DNA of 64,000 nt, from the NCBI GenBank assembly GCA_052327205.1, contig CM126209.1:175026001-175090000 (forward strand), written 5' to 3'. The DNA is from Somniosus microcephalus (Eukaryota). The translations under genes and the position numbers were made by a program. The notes beneath the pieces are model-generated. The model was not told the origin of the DNA, ran no database searches, and saw nothing but the letters and a program-made list of their open reading frames with translations. Of the stretch, positions 10,643-23,280 are shown piece after piece (within the stretch, counting starts at the first letter, position 1; every line of letters starts with the position of its first letter).

Positions 10643-12892
10643 TAGTGGAAACAATGGGGGGGGGAAATTGATCTACCTTAAATCACTTAAAAATAGAAGT
10701 CCTATGTTTTGCAAATTTGAAGGATATACTCATTCAACTAATGCAAAGAACATATTAATAAGTTATTAAATCAAACTTCCTCTACATTTATAAATCTGCC
10801 AAATGACAAAATTGATTCTTCTCTGTAACAAAAATCAGATGTTCTGCCTTTAAGGAACTTGACAATTATATTCCTTTTGGAATTAAGGATAACATACTGA
10901 ATTACACTAATGGATTAAATTTAGGTAGATTAGATTAATTAGAAGGTAGACTCTCCCTTACAATGCAACCACTGTCTGTTACAAAAGGAAGTGGCAGAAT
11001 ACAGCTGTATGTTAAATATGTTGCTGAGATACAGTAGCTTCCAAGTCAATGTGCCAATTGCTGCTTTTCAATGTACAGTACTAGTTTAATTACTACTGTC
11101 TGAATAAAGCTGAAATCATAATTAAATGGAACACCTTACTGTCTAGTCTGTATTCTGTATTTGAAACAATAGTATTCTATTCAAACCTAGTTAGGTTCCA
11201 TTCAACATGTAATGAAAACATAAACTTCATTTTGCCAAACATCAAAATTTTCAGCACACACTATAATTAGAGGATTGAACTCAATCACCTACTTTTAGTC
11301 AGCAAGCACAAACAACATATTCATTAAAAAAATCCTCCTTTTTAAATGACAGAAATGTCTGTCAAGTATGGGGCTCCTTTGGGTATTAGTCGGCAAACAT
11401 TTTAACCACCTACTCTTTACAGAAAACAATAGCTGCTTTATCTGGTGGTTTGTGGCAAGGATAGTTCATAGTGGAAACAAGAACTCCTGCATATACAGGA
11501 AGCAAAGTGGAGTCAAGCCTGTTTACATGAGAGCAGAGCTTAAACACGAAACCTGTGTGTTACCGTTTGTACTCGAGTGACTTAAACTCACACCAGATAT
11601 TGACCTGAGCTCCACAGTGTTTACTAGAATTACTGATTTACCAGAGAAAGTGCTAATTTTCGAGTGACTTCCTGAAATGTATAGCATTATCTCATCCTCT
11701 AGCTTACTGACTGAACATCCCACTATATTTCATGTAGATATTAAGGCTTTTTATAATCGGTTAACATGAACAGAATTCTCTACATCTTCTCTCCTCCCTA
11801 TCCCAGACCAATACAAAATCGGAATCATTGGACTTACTGGAATGCCAAAGAACATTGGGCACCTTACTGGCAAAGACTATCAGAGAATGTGGATCCCCTG
11901 CCCCACAGAGACTGTCAATGAATGTGGGTCATCAGTCTAGATCACCAGGAAACTCAGACGTTAAACCTAAAAAACCACAAATAGGACCCACTAGCCTGCC
12001 AGGAAACCAAGATGCTACTGGAAATTAACCACTACACAGCCAAAGAATGAAATGACATAAGCACATATGCTCTCCACCCCAGACTTTAAGAAAAATCATA
12101 AAAATACATTAGACCATCACAGAATTAGATGACAATTTTTGCATCATAGTACAATGTCATCTTTTCAGTCAATTTCAAAAATCTATAGGAGTGAGTTCTG
12201 TAGTGCTTTCTGGACTTAAATGGACTCACGCAGTTGAGATAAATTCAACAGCAGGTTTGGGCCTCGCTGGCTCAGTGAGTAAATACACCATATGTTATGA
12301 CACTGAGATACACAGATCAAGAAATTCTAGTTCAATCCTTATGGAAATTATAATGCTTCTTGAAATCTTTGTGTAGAGTGAGAGTTCAAGAAGTAGCTGG
12401 TATCCCTGCAATGTTAGTTGACATGAATATCAATGTTGATCTTTGAGTGAATGCAGTTCATTTACGGGAGGAAGGACTGTTAATGCCGGGGAGTAGGGAT
12501 TGTTCAGCTGAAGTGCTCTTCAATGAGCTGCTGCTAAAGAGCTTTGGCTGCAGGCAAGAGTGAAGCCTGCCTGTTTCCTTGCCATCCTCTGTGTCATCAG
12601 TGAGCACCTCCCTCCCATTATGTTGAAGGTCCTTGTTCAATGGAGAGCAAAGTTATGTAGCATATAACAAACCGCTATCATACGGGAAACTCTTGTCAGC
12701 TGTATTTCAGTACCCCACCAGACCTGTACAGGCAGCAGGATTGTTGGTCGACAACTCCAATGTAGAGAGGAAAATTGGGCGAGGTGTGTAAAGAATTTCA
12801 CCCTTTTACATTATCGCCAAAAGCTAAAATGACACCTGTGGGCATCTTAAAAATCTATGCAAAGTAATGCAGTCAATAACTTAGTAGACTTA

Positions 12893-15062
12893 GGGGCCGA
12901 TTTTCCTGGAGCCATCAGGCGGGCTTTCAGACGTGTGGGGGGGACGGGGGGGGGGAAAAAAATCACAAAAATCGGGGGCCGCGACCCCCCCCCCGCCTGA
13001 TTCCCTGCCCCGTCCAATTTTCACCTAGGCGTTTCTGTCCGACCCGAATCAGTCCCGCCCACAGGAGGCGGGACTGGTCTTCAGGCACCTTAATCACCAA
13101 TAATTGGCATCTATAATGCCATTTTAAGGGGCCCTTGCTATTTTCAGCCTTTTCCCACGTTAAACACGCCTGGTGGGAACCCCACTGGTGAAACCTGGCA
13201 TGGACAATATCAGATTGCTGACTATCAGCTGCAGGTCAATCAGGAAAGAAGAGATTTAATCAGACATCATTTGTAGGTTGCAGGACCTTGTTGTTTCAGG
13301 CTTGGGGCAACTTGTTCCAGGCTTAGGCAGAGCTGTGGAAGGTTGGAGCCTCACACACATCTCCAGTGTGAGCTCCTGGGAAGCCGTAGCCATCCTTTCC
13401 ATGGAGGTTGCCATCCTTTCTGTGGTGATGCGTTCATGCGCCAATGACTCCACAAAGGCTCTGCTCATGGTCGCTATGGACTCCACCATTCGCTCCACAC
13501 TCGCAGTGACCCTGGAGACAAAACCTGCCAGAGACTCCTGCATCTGTGCATGGAGATCCATCACCTCTTCTCTTGTGGATGGACCCAGAGGCAAAGGGTC
13601 GACATGCAGCTGAGCTGAGCTGGCAGAGTCCTGCGCCCTCTGACGAGGACTCTCCACTGCTGTCTCTGTCTCCACCATCTGCTGATGCTCACTTGTGAGC
13701 TGTGATACACCAGGTGACAAAAGTACTCTATCTCACGAAGGTCCCACCGAGGTGTGAGTGTCTGCGCTGGTGCTGGGTGCACTGAATTCTGCTGACGCTG
13801 TGCCCTCAGAGGTTGGAGCTTCCTCTGAGGAGTCTGGCTGCTCAGCCTTTTCCTCCTCTGCAGTGGGGACAGGGGCTCTGCATGGTCCTGTGGGGGAGTA
13901 AAGGAAAGAGTTAAAGATGTGATGCCAAGGTTACATGCACATTGGATTTTGAAGATGCTCATAAGTCCAAATGATGTAGCTTCAGATTCATAACAGCGAC
14001 TCATGCTATGTCAATGAGAGAGATGGAAAACTATTCTGTCACCAGCTTGCGGGACTGCCCGTCTCTCCTTTCCCAACTTCTGCAGCCACATCAGCCCCGA
14101 CAATTTCCAGCACTCCTTGCTCTCAGGGTATCAGGTGGGTTATTGAGGGTGGGCCTCCTCCAGTCCTGGCTCACTCTCTGTTGTTGTGAGCTCTCTTTTC
14201 CTGCAATGAGGGAGACAAGTGGAGTTTGAGTGAGAATGAAGGAGTGAGTGTAGAGATTGCATAGCATAGATACTTAGGGGGAGACAAAGATGGTGTGAGG
14301 CTGCAAGACCAAGGGCCCTCCCTGTGTGTTGTCAGTTGTGTTCAAAGCATCAGAGTGAGAGGGAGTGTGAGGGCTGCATGGTGGAATAGTTATGTAAATG
14401 TGAGCATAGAGAGAGAGGGAATGGGTAAGGGTGCATGGATGTGACTGTGAAGTGGGATGTGGAGGAAGAGAGTGCTAAAGCTGAGTGCTGGTGGGGAAAG
14501 GCAATGGGGATCAGTTTGAGGGTGATGGAAACTTCGTACTTATTTTTCCTGTACGGTGAAGGTCATGGAATTGTTTCCGACACTGTATCCAGGTTCTTCT
14601 GGTTACTCCCAGCGAGTTGACATCTGCTGTCACCTGCATCCATGCAGCCTTGGTCTCAGTGGGAGGCCTCTTCCTCCCTGACCTAGGGAAGAGGACCTCC
14701 CTGTGGGCCCTGACCCCATCCAATAATGCCTGCAGTGAAGCCTCATCGAATTTGGAGGCAGCTCGGGGTCTGGCACTGGCCACAGCTGCTGCAGGCTCCT
14801 CTGCCATCCTGTATGGTTCGTTTGGAAGCCTGCAGAGGAAGCAGTGCTTGCTGTGGACCTTAAAAGCGCCACGAATGATGACATCATACTGTGCGACTTT
14901 CTGACTGGAAATAGTCAATTAGCAAGGGTTCCCACACGCTGGAAATGAATTGGCCAATTGAGGGAAAATTGCATCAATCTGGCAGACCCATTTACATTCG
15001 TGTGGGAACCCCGACATTTGGGGAACCCGACAATTCCCCACACCTGCAGGAAAATCGGCCCC
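12893..15062 (-). mobile_element. Myb/SANT-only Harbinger element, copy 2
   Basis: Perfect TIRs GGGGCCGATTTTCC / GGAAAATCGGCCCC; TSD TTA (12890-12892, 15063-15065); Myb exon 1 (...WMQVTADVNSLGVTRRTWIQCRKQFHDLHRTGK), exon 2 and partial exon 3; about 750 bp deleted relative to copy 3. Confidence 0.93.
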
Positions 15063-15721
15063 TTAATCTCCCTTGGTGGCTGCACTCCATAGTGTAAATA
15101 AGCTCCTTTTTCTAATAGTGCCACAGACCCACAAAAATTAGGGTTTTTGATTTTACCATTAGGATAAGGGAGGCAATTTTAATAATACAAACACGGAGAT
15201 GATGTATGTTTCCTATTGTGATCATATAAAAGTAGAAGCCAACACACCCAGGGAGACCAGTTCCTTACTCTGAATTTAAAAGCAGGACAGCAGTGTATGA
15301 GCATCACTCTCCCAAAGCTGGATGAAATTAAGTGCAAAGATAAAAAGACCTTTTCACTTCAGCAGTCTAGACTGGATTTGAACTCAAGTCCTAGCACCTA
15401 ACATATTCACAGAGTACTGAGCATGTCCACATAAATTGTATATTCCTAGTGAAGGAATTGAATGAAATCTGATCGCCATTTCACAATCAAATTACTTGTG
15501 ACGAATTGGTGCTGGTTTTAATCGGGCCCACCTCCGGGTAAATCTGCTATACACGCACGAAAATATAGTAATTATCTTCCGGGAGTTTTCTCAGAGAAAG
15601 ACGGCAAAGTTCCACTCAATTCAGTTTCAGAGTCATACACTGAGCTGGTTTACGGCATTAAATCTGACGGTAAATGAGACAGCAGCAAGTATAATGTTTT
15701 CCTTAAGTAGGTAAAGATAAA

Positions 15722-15864
15722 GGGATAGATTTTCAACTTCCTGCCCGTTATAGAAACCGCCCAATCTTAATTTCCATTGATTTCATTGAATCGGGCGGTT
15801 TCTATAACAGGCGGCCGATCCGCATCACTAGTTTTATGCCTGGGGACAAGTTGAAATCTATCCC
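15722..15864. mobile_element. Small palindromic MITE
   Basis: GGGATAGATTTTCAACTT ... AAGTTGAAATCTATCCC, internal arms GTTATAGAAACCGCCC / GGGCGGTTTCTATAAC, TSD AAA. Confidence 0.75.
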
Positions 15865-16470
15865 AAAGTAATGCAACATTTATAATATTATAGTCGTAAG
15901 ATGGGAGCCATGTGAGTTTAGTGGAAAGCTTTTATTTTTGAAGTTTTTGTTATTGCAGTTTTATTTTCTGTTTCTCTCTTCTATTTTTAGGTATGTCAAA
16001 AAGCATTTAATAGACAAAAGAGCTGGCAGCTGCCGTCCTTACCAATATCGGTATTGTGTTTGTAGTTTTTGTTGGGAAATGACCAAGAGTAACCCGAGAT
16101 CATTAACTCTCAGATTTTCCCTGCCTCCTACTGGCAAAGACCCTGGACTCTGTTCAGCACCTCCAGTCAACATGGTTGAGATCAGAAGCTCACTATGGGA
16201 CTGAAATATTTCAGCAAATTGGTTAACATAGTCATGTCAAATTCCTGTGTGCACTGCTTTAACAAAGTTAGATTTAAAATAAATGGGTTAATGACTTTGC
16301 TAATATAGCACACACAGGAATTTGACTCAAATGTATTAAACAGCGGTCTGAAAACAGTACCCAGAGATATTTCAACAAATATGTGGGAAACTGTACACAT
16401 AAATTTACATACGGTGGTCTCAACATGGAAAATTGTGTATCATCCCCATCTTCATCCCACAGCTGACCTT

Positions 16471-17412
16471 AGAATCATAGAATCATAGAAATTTACTGCA
16501 CAGAAGGAGGCCATTCGGCCCATCAGGTCTGCGCTGGTCAAAAAAGAGCTATCCAGACTAATCCCACTTTACAGCTCTTGGTCTGTAGCCTTGCAGGTTA
16601 CGGCACTTCAAGTGCATATCCAAGTACTTTTTAAATGTGATGAGGGTTTCTGCCTCTACCATCCTTTCAGGCAATGCGTTCCAGACCCCCACTGGGTCTG
16701 GGTGAAAAAAATTCTCCTCAGATCCCCTCTAATCCTCATACCAATTACTTTAAATCTATGCCCCCTGGTTATTGACCTCTCTGCTAAGGGAAATAGGTGC
16801 TTCCTATCCACTCTATCTAGGCCCCTCATAATTTTATACACCTCAACTAAGCTTCCCCTCAGCCTCCTCTGTTCCAAAGAAAACAACCCCAGCCTATCCA
16901 ATCTTTCCTCATAGCTAAAATTCTCCAGTCTTGGCAACATACTCGTAAATCACCTATGTAACCTCTCTAGTGCAATCACATTTTTCCTGTAATGTGGTGA
17001 CTAGAACTGTACACAGTACTCTAGTTGTGGTCTAACTAGTGTTTTATACAGTTCTAGCATAACCTCTCTGCTCTTATATTCTATGCCTCAGCTAATAAAG
17101 GAAAGTAGCCCGTATGCCTTCTTAACCACCTTATCTACCTGTCCTGCTACCTTCAGGGATATGTGGACATGCACTTCAAGGTCCCTCTGTTCCTCTACAG
17201 TTCTCAGTATCCTACCATTTATTGTGTATTCCCTTGCCTTGTTCCCCTCCCTAAATGCATTACCTCACACTTCTCCGGATTGAGTTCCATTTGCCACTTT
17301 TCTGCCCACCTGACCAGTGCATTGATATCTTCCTGCAGTCAACAGCTATCTTCCTCACTATCAACCACACAGCTGATTTTTGTATCATCTGCAAACTTCT
17401 TAATCATGCCCC
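16471..17412 (-). mobile_element. CR1-like LINE 3' fragment
   Basis: ORF MLPRLENFSYEERLDRLGLFSLEQRRLRGSLVEVYKIMRG...TRGHRFK; (TTCTATGA)n tail. Confidence 0.92.
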
Positions 17413-19195
17413 CTATGCACAATCATGCCCATCTTGCATAATAATGTCAGGGTGTTGGTTTAGCTCTTTCTGTCATGTTACACATGGGCGTAAAAACAAG
17501 CTTCACTCAGGAAAAAAATAGCCCAGCTTATTTTGACCTAGAATATATATGTTATGCCTGGTCATGTATCCAAGGGAAGAACCAAGTCATTCAACTTTTG
17601 TGGGTTCTGTTCATTCATATATATGTATCAGTGCCAGCTCTACTTCCTTTGTCCTGGTCATTTTTTGAAAAGTATTTCTCACGTAATGTTCAAATTGGGT
17701 AGTCTACCTGAAACCATCAAAACAGATAGATCAGTTAAAGGAACTCCTTGGACACTTAGCAACAAACCACTATGTATAAGTTAAGATTCAAGGACCGGTT
17801 TACATTGTAGCAGTTTCTTATTTTTCTATCTTCTGAGGAAGGATAGTTAAGCCTACAACTACTAAAAATCCATAATGTGTCATTGCTTTATTCATTTATT
17901 CATTGACTGGTAATAAATCTAATGGGCAGTTTGTAGCCTAATCTACAGTCCAGGGAATTATTTATTCTATTGCCTCCCAAAGTTGAGGAAGATCATGTGA
18001 CAGCACATGCTATAACCAGGAAAGCAACATACAGTGAGAAAGATCTTCTGTTCAATCCTGGGCTCACTACAAATCACCATAGATATTGGGCAGGTAAAAG
18101 CACATGCTGGGTCGTAGGGAACAAGGCCCATGGGAATGGTTTGAGATGCTGAACCCAAAAATAAAAACTAGGGTAAATTTCCAGGGTCCTATGTGTGTGT
18201 GTACAGTCATTGTTTCTGTTATCAGCCTGTGCATGGACTTATACAGTCGTGCTGGGTTTTACACTTCTTGCTGCTGTTTTATTTTTCAGACTTGTGCAAG
18301 TATTTATTTCCACATATTTGGTATTTTCCTTTAAATAGCTCTGATGTTATGTGAAGACTGCATTGGTTAATATCCCTACTGGATACATGTTTGGGGACAC
18401 CATCAACAGCAACAACAACTTATATTTGTATAGCGCCTTAACAGAATAAAATGTTCCAAGGCGCTTGTAGGGATGCTGTATGTTGTAGTTTAATTCTGAC
18501 TTTCATTATGAGACAGGACTGCTTTATTTTTACCTGCTACATTTTCTTATTCATATTTTTATAGATACATAGGACAAAGATTTCAAGGCCAATTTTCATA
18601 AAATCGTAGAATGGTTACAGCACAGAAGGTGGCCATTCAGCCCGTCGAGCCCATGCCGACTCTCTGCAAGAGCACATCAGCTAGTCCCACTCACCTGCCC
18701 TTTCTCCGTAGCCCTGCAAATTTTTTTCCTGCAGGTATTTATCCAATTCCCTTTTGAATGCCATGATTGAATCTGCCTCCACCACCCTCTCAAGCAGTGC
18801 ATTCCAGATCATATCCACTCGCTGCTTAAAAAAGTTTTTCCTCATGTCGTCTTTGGTTCTTCTGCCAATCACCTTAAATCTGTGTCCTCTGGTTCTTAAC
18901 CCTTCCGCAAATGGGAACAGTTTCTCTCTATCTACTCTGTCTGGACCCCTCATGACTTTGAACACCTCTATCAAATCTCCTCTCAACCGTCTCTGCTCTA
19001 AGGAGAACAACCCCACCTTCTCCAGTCTATCAACGTAACTGAAGTCCCTCATCCCTGGAACCATTCTTGTAAATCTTTTCTGCACCCTCACATCCTTCCT
19101 AAAGGGCAGTGCCAGATTTAGACACAATACTCCAGTTGAGGCCAAACCAGTGATTTATAAAGGTTCATCATAATTTCCTTGCTTTTGTACTCTAT

Positions 19196-20019
19196 GGGCT
19201 GGATTTTCATTGAGGAGTCGGGTAGGAGGCGGGACTACAACTTTCGGGGTTGTAGTCCTGCTTCCATCGAGTTCCAGCCAACCCACGTGATTTTGACTTG
19301 ATTGACCTTGTTGAGCCCGCCCAGCGGGCTCAGCAGGCCGATTAAGGGCCACCCGGCAACAAGTGATGTCACAGATTGATATTTCATCTGTCAAGACCTT
19401 TTGACAGATGAAGTATTAGCGTTTCACAGCTGTTTGAAGCTGTCAAACACTGACAATCTGTACTCCAGGTTAATTCCTTCCTGTCAGGATGATTTAGAGA
19501 TCTCCCCTGAAGAGAAAGCTGAATGCTGCAATTTTTGACAGCTCACAGCCATTCTGCTTTCTGTGCCGGTGAGATGAGGGACTCCTAAGACCTGAAGGAA
19601 GGAAGGCTGTAAAGGTATGTAAAACTTTTTTAAACACTTTATACACACCAAACACACTTACCTTTGCACTCATGCACCCGTCACTCACCTGAACACCGGA
19701 CATCTCGACTCCTCCAAGCCCTTCACCCCGACGGTTCGCCTCCTCTAACTTGGCGTGGTTTGGAGCCGTCGGGAATCCCACACTTCAACATTAAAAATAG
19801 GGATTAGGCTAAAAACTGCCTGTTAACTACCTGTTAACAGGCAGTTAATTGGCACTAATCCCCTTCCCGCCTCGGGGAGGCGGGTCCCAGTGCGGGGCGG
19901 GTACCCGCCTTCTTTGAAACTGGCATGGAGGCGGGATGGGTTCGTGCCCCCCGATTTCGGGATTTTAACCCCCCACATGCCTCCAATCCCGCCTCCACGG
20001 CCCAATGAAAATCCTGCCC
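19196..20019 (-). mobile_element. Harbinger-type non-autonomous element (~800-bp family), copy 2
   Basis: TIRs GGGCTGGATTTTCATTG / CAATGAAAATCCTGCCC; TSD TAT (19193-19195, 20020-20022). Confidence 0.9.
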
Positions 20020-20066
20020 TATGCCTCTATTTAAGAAGCCCAGGATCCCGTATGCTTTTTCAACCA

Positions 20067-20515
20067 ATTTTTGGGAGATTGGGTTGATTGGGCTTGTAAT
20101 CGCTGGTGTTTAGAAGAATGAGACAGGATCTCATTGAAACTTATAAAATTCTAACAGGACTAGACAGACTAGATGCTGGAAGGATGTTCCCGATGGTTGG
20201 GGAGTCCAGAACCAGGGGTCACAGTCTAAGGATAAGGGGTAAGCCATTTAGGACAGAGATGAGGAGGAATTTCTTCACCCAGAGAGTGGTGAACCTGTGG
20301 AATTCTCTAGCACAGAAGGCAGTAGAGGCCAATTCATTAAATATATTCAAGAAGGAGTTGGATATATTTCTTAAGGCTAAAGGGATCAAGGGATATGGGG
20401 AGAAAGCAGGGACAGGGTACTGAATTTGGATGATCAGCCATGATCGCATTGAATGGCGGAGCAGGCTCGAGGGGCCGAATGGCCTACTCCTGCTCCTATC
20501 TTCTATGTTTCTATG
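20067..20515 (+). mobile_element. CR1-like LINE 3' end inserted antisense in the older CR1
   Basis: FRRMRQDLIETYKILTGLDRLDAGRMFPMVGESRTRGHSL; (CTATGTTT)n tail; 9-bp TSD TTTCAACCA (20058-20066, 20516-20524). Confidence 0.9.
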
Positions 20516-21469
20516 TTTCAACCAGCCTTGCTACCTTCAACGATTTGTACACATATACTCCCAGATCTCTCTGTTCATGCACCCCCTTTAGAATTGTACC
20601 CTTTACTTTATATTGCCTCTCCTCGTTCTTCCTACCAAAATGTATCACTTTGCACTTTTCTGCGTTCAATTTCATCTGCCACGTGTCCGCCCATTCCAGC
20701 AGCTGATCTATGTCCTCTTGAAGTCTATCACTATCCTCCTCACTGTTTTCCTGTCATATGCACCTGGTGAATGCTCAATTCCAAGGTGCAAAAGGTGTGG
20801 CAGAAACCTGTGACATTTGGTCTCCACTCTCTTCATATTGCTCCATGATTTCCAGGATTTCCCCAAGTACACGCAAGTAAAAAGCAAACATGCTAATGAG
20901 GTCAGGCGGGCGGTGGGAGGGGTGTGCTGTAAACAGCCCTCGTGGTTCATTTTCTGTCCCAATATTGGAATGGCACCCGAAAGAAGTGGGTCTTAGGCAC
21001 TGCACCCAGCCCCTTGTATGACTGAAGAGGAGCAGGCTGCAAAGTCTTAAATACCAGGACTTTAGACAGCAGCCAGAAGGCCCCAAAGTTGGTAGCTGTT
21101 TCCAATGCTGTTAACCACTCAGGCTGGCAGCAAAGGTTGCATTTCTGCACCAGTCCCTGGGCACAAGGCCCAGCAAAGGGGTAGGCCTTCATTTGCGTTG
21201 GTTGGGCCTAGGCTGCTAATCTGAGCCTGCAAATATGTACAGGATCAGGACAGGTGAAGTACATTTTGGGATCCTTTGCCTGACAAGTGCTCAAGCACTG
21301 GGGAGTTTTGGAAAATTAACCCCTTCCTTTCTGTTCTTTGTAAACATGTTTATCATTTTGCAGTACCTAATAAACAAAGGAAATCTTCTCCCATAATTTA
21401 AAAACAAATTAAAACTTTTGAAGTGTATCTTACTAATAGCACTACCTGACATTCTCATAAGAAGGTGTT

Positions 21470-21620
21470 AAGAAAGAAAGAAAGACAGACTTGCATTTAT
21501 ATAGAGCCTTTCATGACCACCGGATGTCTCAAAGCACTTTACAGCCAATGATGTACATTTGGAGTGTAGTCAGTGTTGTAATGTGGGAAACGCAGCAGCC
21601 AACTTGCGCACAGCAAGCTT
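21470..21620 (-). mobile_element. 5'-truncated Deu-type SINE 3' end
   Basis: (AGAA)n then CTTGCATTTATATAG...CTTTACAGCCAATG...GTAGTCA, the same body as 7665 and 62685. Confidence 0.75.
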
Positions 21621-22319
21621 CTTATGAGAATGTCAGGTAGATAGATACGCACTGGTAGGACATGCAATAAGATAGCAATGGAGCTGTCAACATCAAAGTA
21701 ATATTAGGAAAGAGGTTTATGATCAAAAAGACTGAGACAGATGCAATTCCCTTTCGAAAAATGAGGGTAGATTTTATAAATTTGCACTCCTAGCACATAG
21801 CATTGTGTACCGGCAGCACATAACAGGAATTTGGGTGCAGTGGTCAGAGGGCAATGCAACATTTTCCATCAAAATAGGTCACATTTTAAAAACTAAGTGA
21901 GTTACACTTGGCAAGTTCCACTTTGCATTAAAGTTAGCTGCAAAGGTCAAAGGAAATGCTGCCAAACAGGTCATAATGATTTTACTGATCTTAAGGGGAT
22001 AGCACTTACCTAAATGTGAAGGAAACTGAAACAGAGTCTGTAACCTTTCAGACATTCTGTTGCTGGCTGTTCTTTCTTCAGAGTCATTGCAAATTCATGC
22101 CAGAAAAAATGTTTTCATTAATTTGTCTGCTGAAAGTGCGCAGCCATGCTAGGGTGATTCGATAGATGATAGCCTCTCTCTGGTACCTCACTTAAGTGAC
22201 CGTTAGACAGTGAGTGTTACCAGGTTATTGAACCATAGAGGCCACCATAGCTGAGCCCGATCCAGTCTTTACTTAACAGCTATGAATGTGGATTTTCCAG
22301 CAGCAATCAATGGACAACA

Positions 22320-22440
22320 ATAAAGGAAAAATTTGCAGAGCTACGGGGAAAGAGGAGGGGATTGGGACTAATTGGATAGCTCTTTAGCATGATGGGCCAA
22401 ATGGACTCCTTCTGTGCTCTATTATTCTATGATTCTATGA
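22320..22440 (+). mobile_element. Short CR1 3' end
   Basis: GGAAAAATTTGCAGAGCTACGGGGAAAG...ATGGGCCAAATGG...ATTCTATGATTCTATGAT tail. Confidence 0.75.
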
Positions 22441-22449
22441 TAATGATGG

Positions 22450-23280
22450 AAACCCTGCCTGATTTTCTGACTCCTTACACCAGAGGAGATTAAGGCAATT
22501 GTAGTGGCCTCCTACACTGGTCCCGAACTTGACGGAGTGGGGATGGGGGCATAGTTTCTGTTGGGAAACCTGGAAGTTCGGGTTTCCCCGCTTGCTGTGG
22601 AGTTTCGACCCCACAGCATGTGTAGTTTTACTTTGATAGGTTCCCCACCCAGAAGTCAGCCTGATTGACAGGCTACAGCCACAGGTAAGTCGCCTGCTGT
22701 TGCTAGTGGAAGTGTTGGGGGCGATCTGCAGGTCCTGTGCAGCCGGCTCCATGGCAATCTAATGTCAAAAACTGCACATGTGCGGTAATTTGAATGGGCC
22801 GCGCAGCCTCTTAAAGGGGCCACGCAACCAAAAAAAAAATTATGGGGAACATTGGTTTGGGGGGTTATGATACCCGACCCCGGGGGGGTGGTCCCAGGGA
22901 GAATCCAATCCCCGACCCAGGGGGCAGGGGGTCTGATGGGTGTGGGGGGGTGGGGGGGGGAGCTTGGGGGATCGGGAGGTATCACTTACCTTCTCCCCGA
23001 AGCTGTCCTCGCCTCCCTTCAGCTGTCAGTTTTACCAAGGCCTAGGAAACTGAACCGGCCAAGGTTAAACCTGCAAAGCCGGTTAAATAAGAGGCTCTCA
23101 GCCTCATTAAAATATTTAATTGGCCAATCCGCTTCCTGGGAGTGGGTTGGTTGCCCGCCCCTTGTCCCGCCTCCATTAAACCCGGAAGTGGGCGGGTTTT
23201 GGTCGGGTTTCAGATTTTTAAAGTTTTAACATTATCACCTGACCCCAACCCACCCATTCTTGGGGGTTGAGATTCAGCCC
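22450..23280. mobile_element. Probable Harbinger-type non-autonomous element (GC-rich)
   Basis: Right end GAGATTCAGCCC resembles the other Harbinger TIRs; left boundary not resolved. Confidence 0.4.

Larger units (their letters stand above)
18596..20745 (-). mobile_element. CR1-like LINE 3' fragment with two nested insertions
   Basis: RVQKRFTRMVPGMRDFSYVDRLEKVGLFSLEQRRLRGDLIEVFK...; sequence continues at 20020-20066 and 20516-20745. Confidence 0.9.

Noticed and set aside
12255-12340. tRNA gene
   Set aside because: A/B-box-like motifs only, with no cloverleaf; more likely a decayed SINE head.
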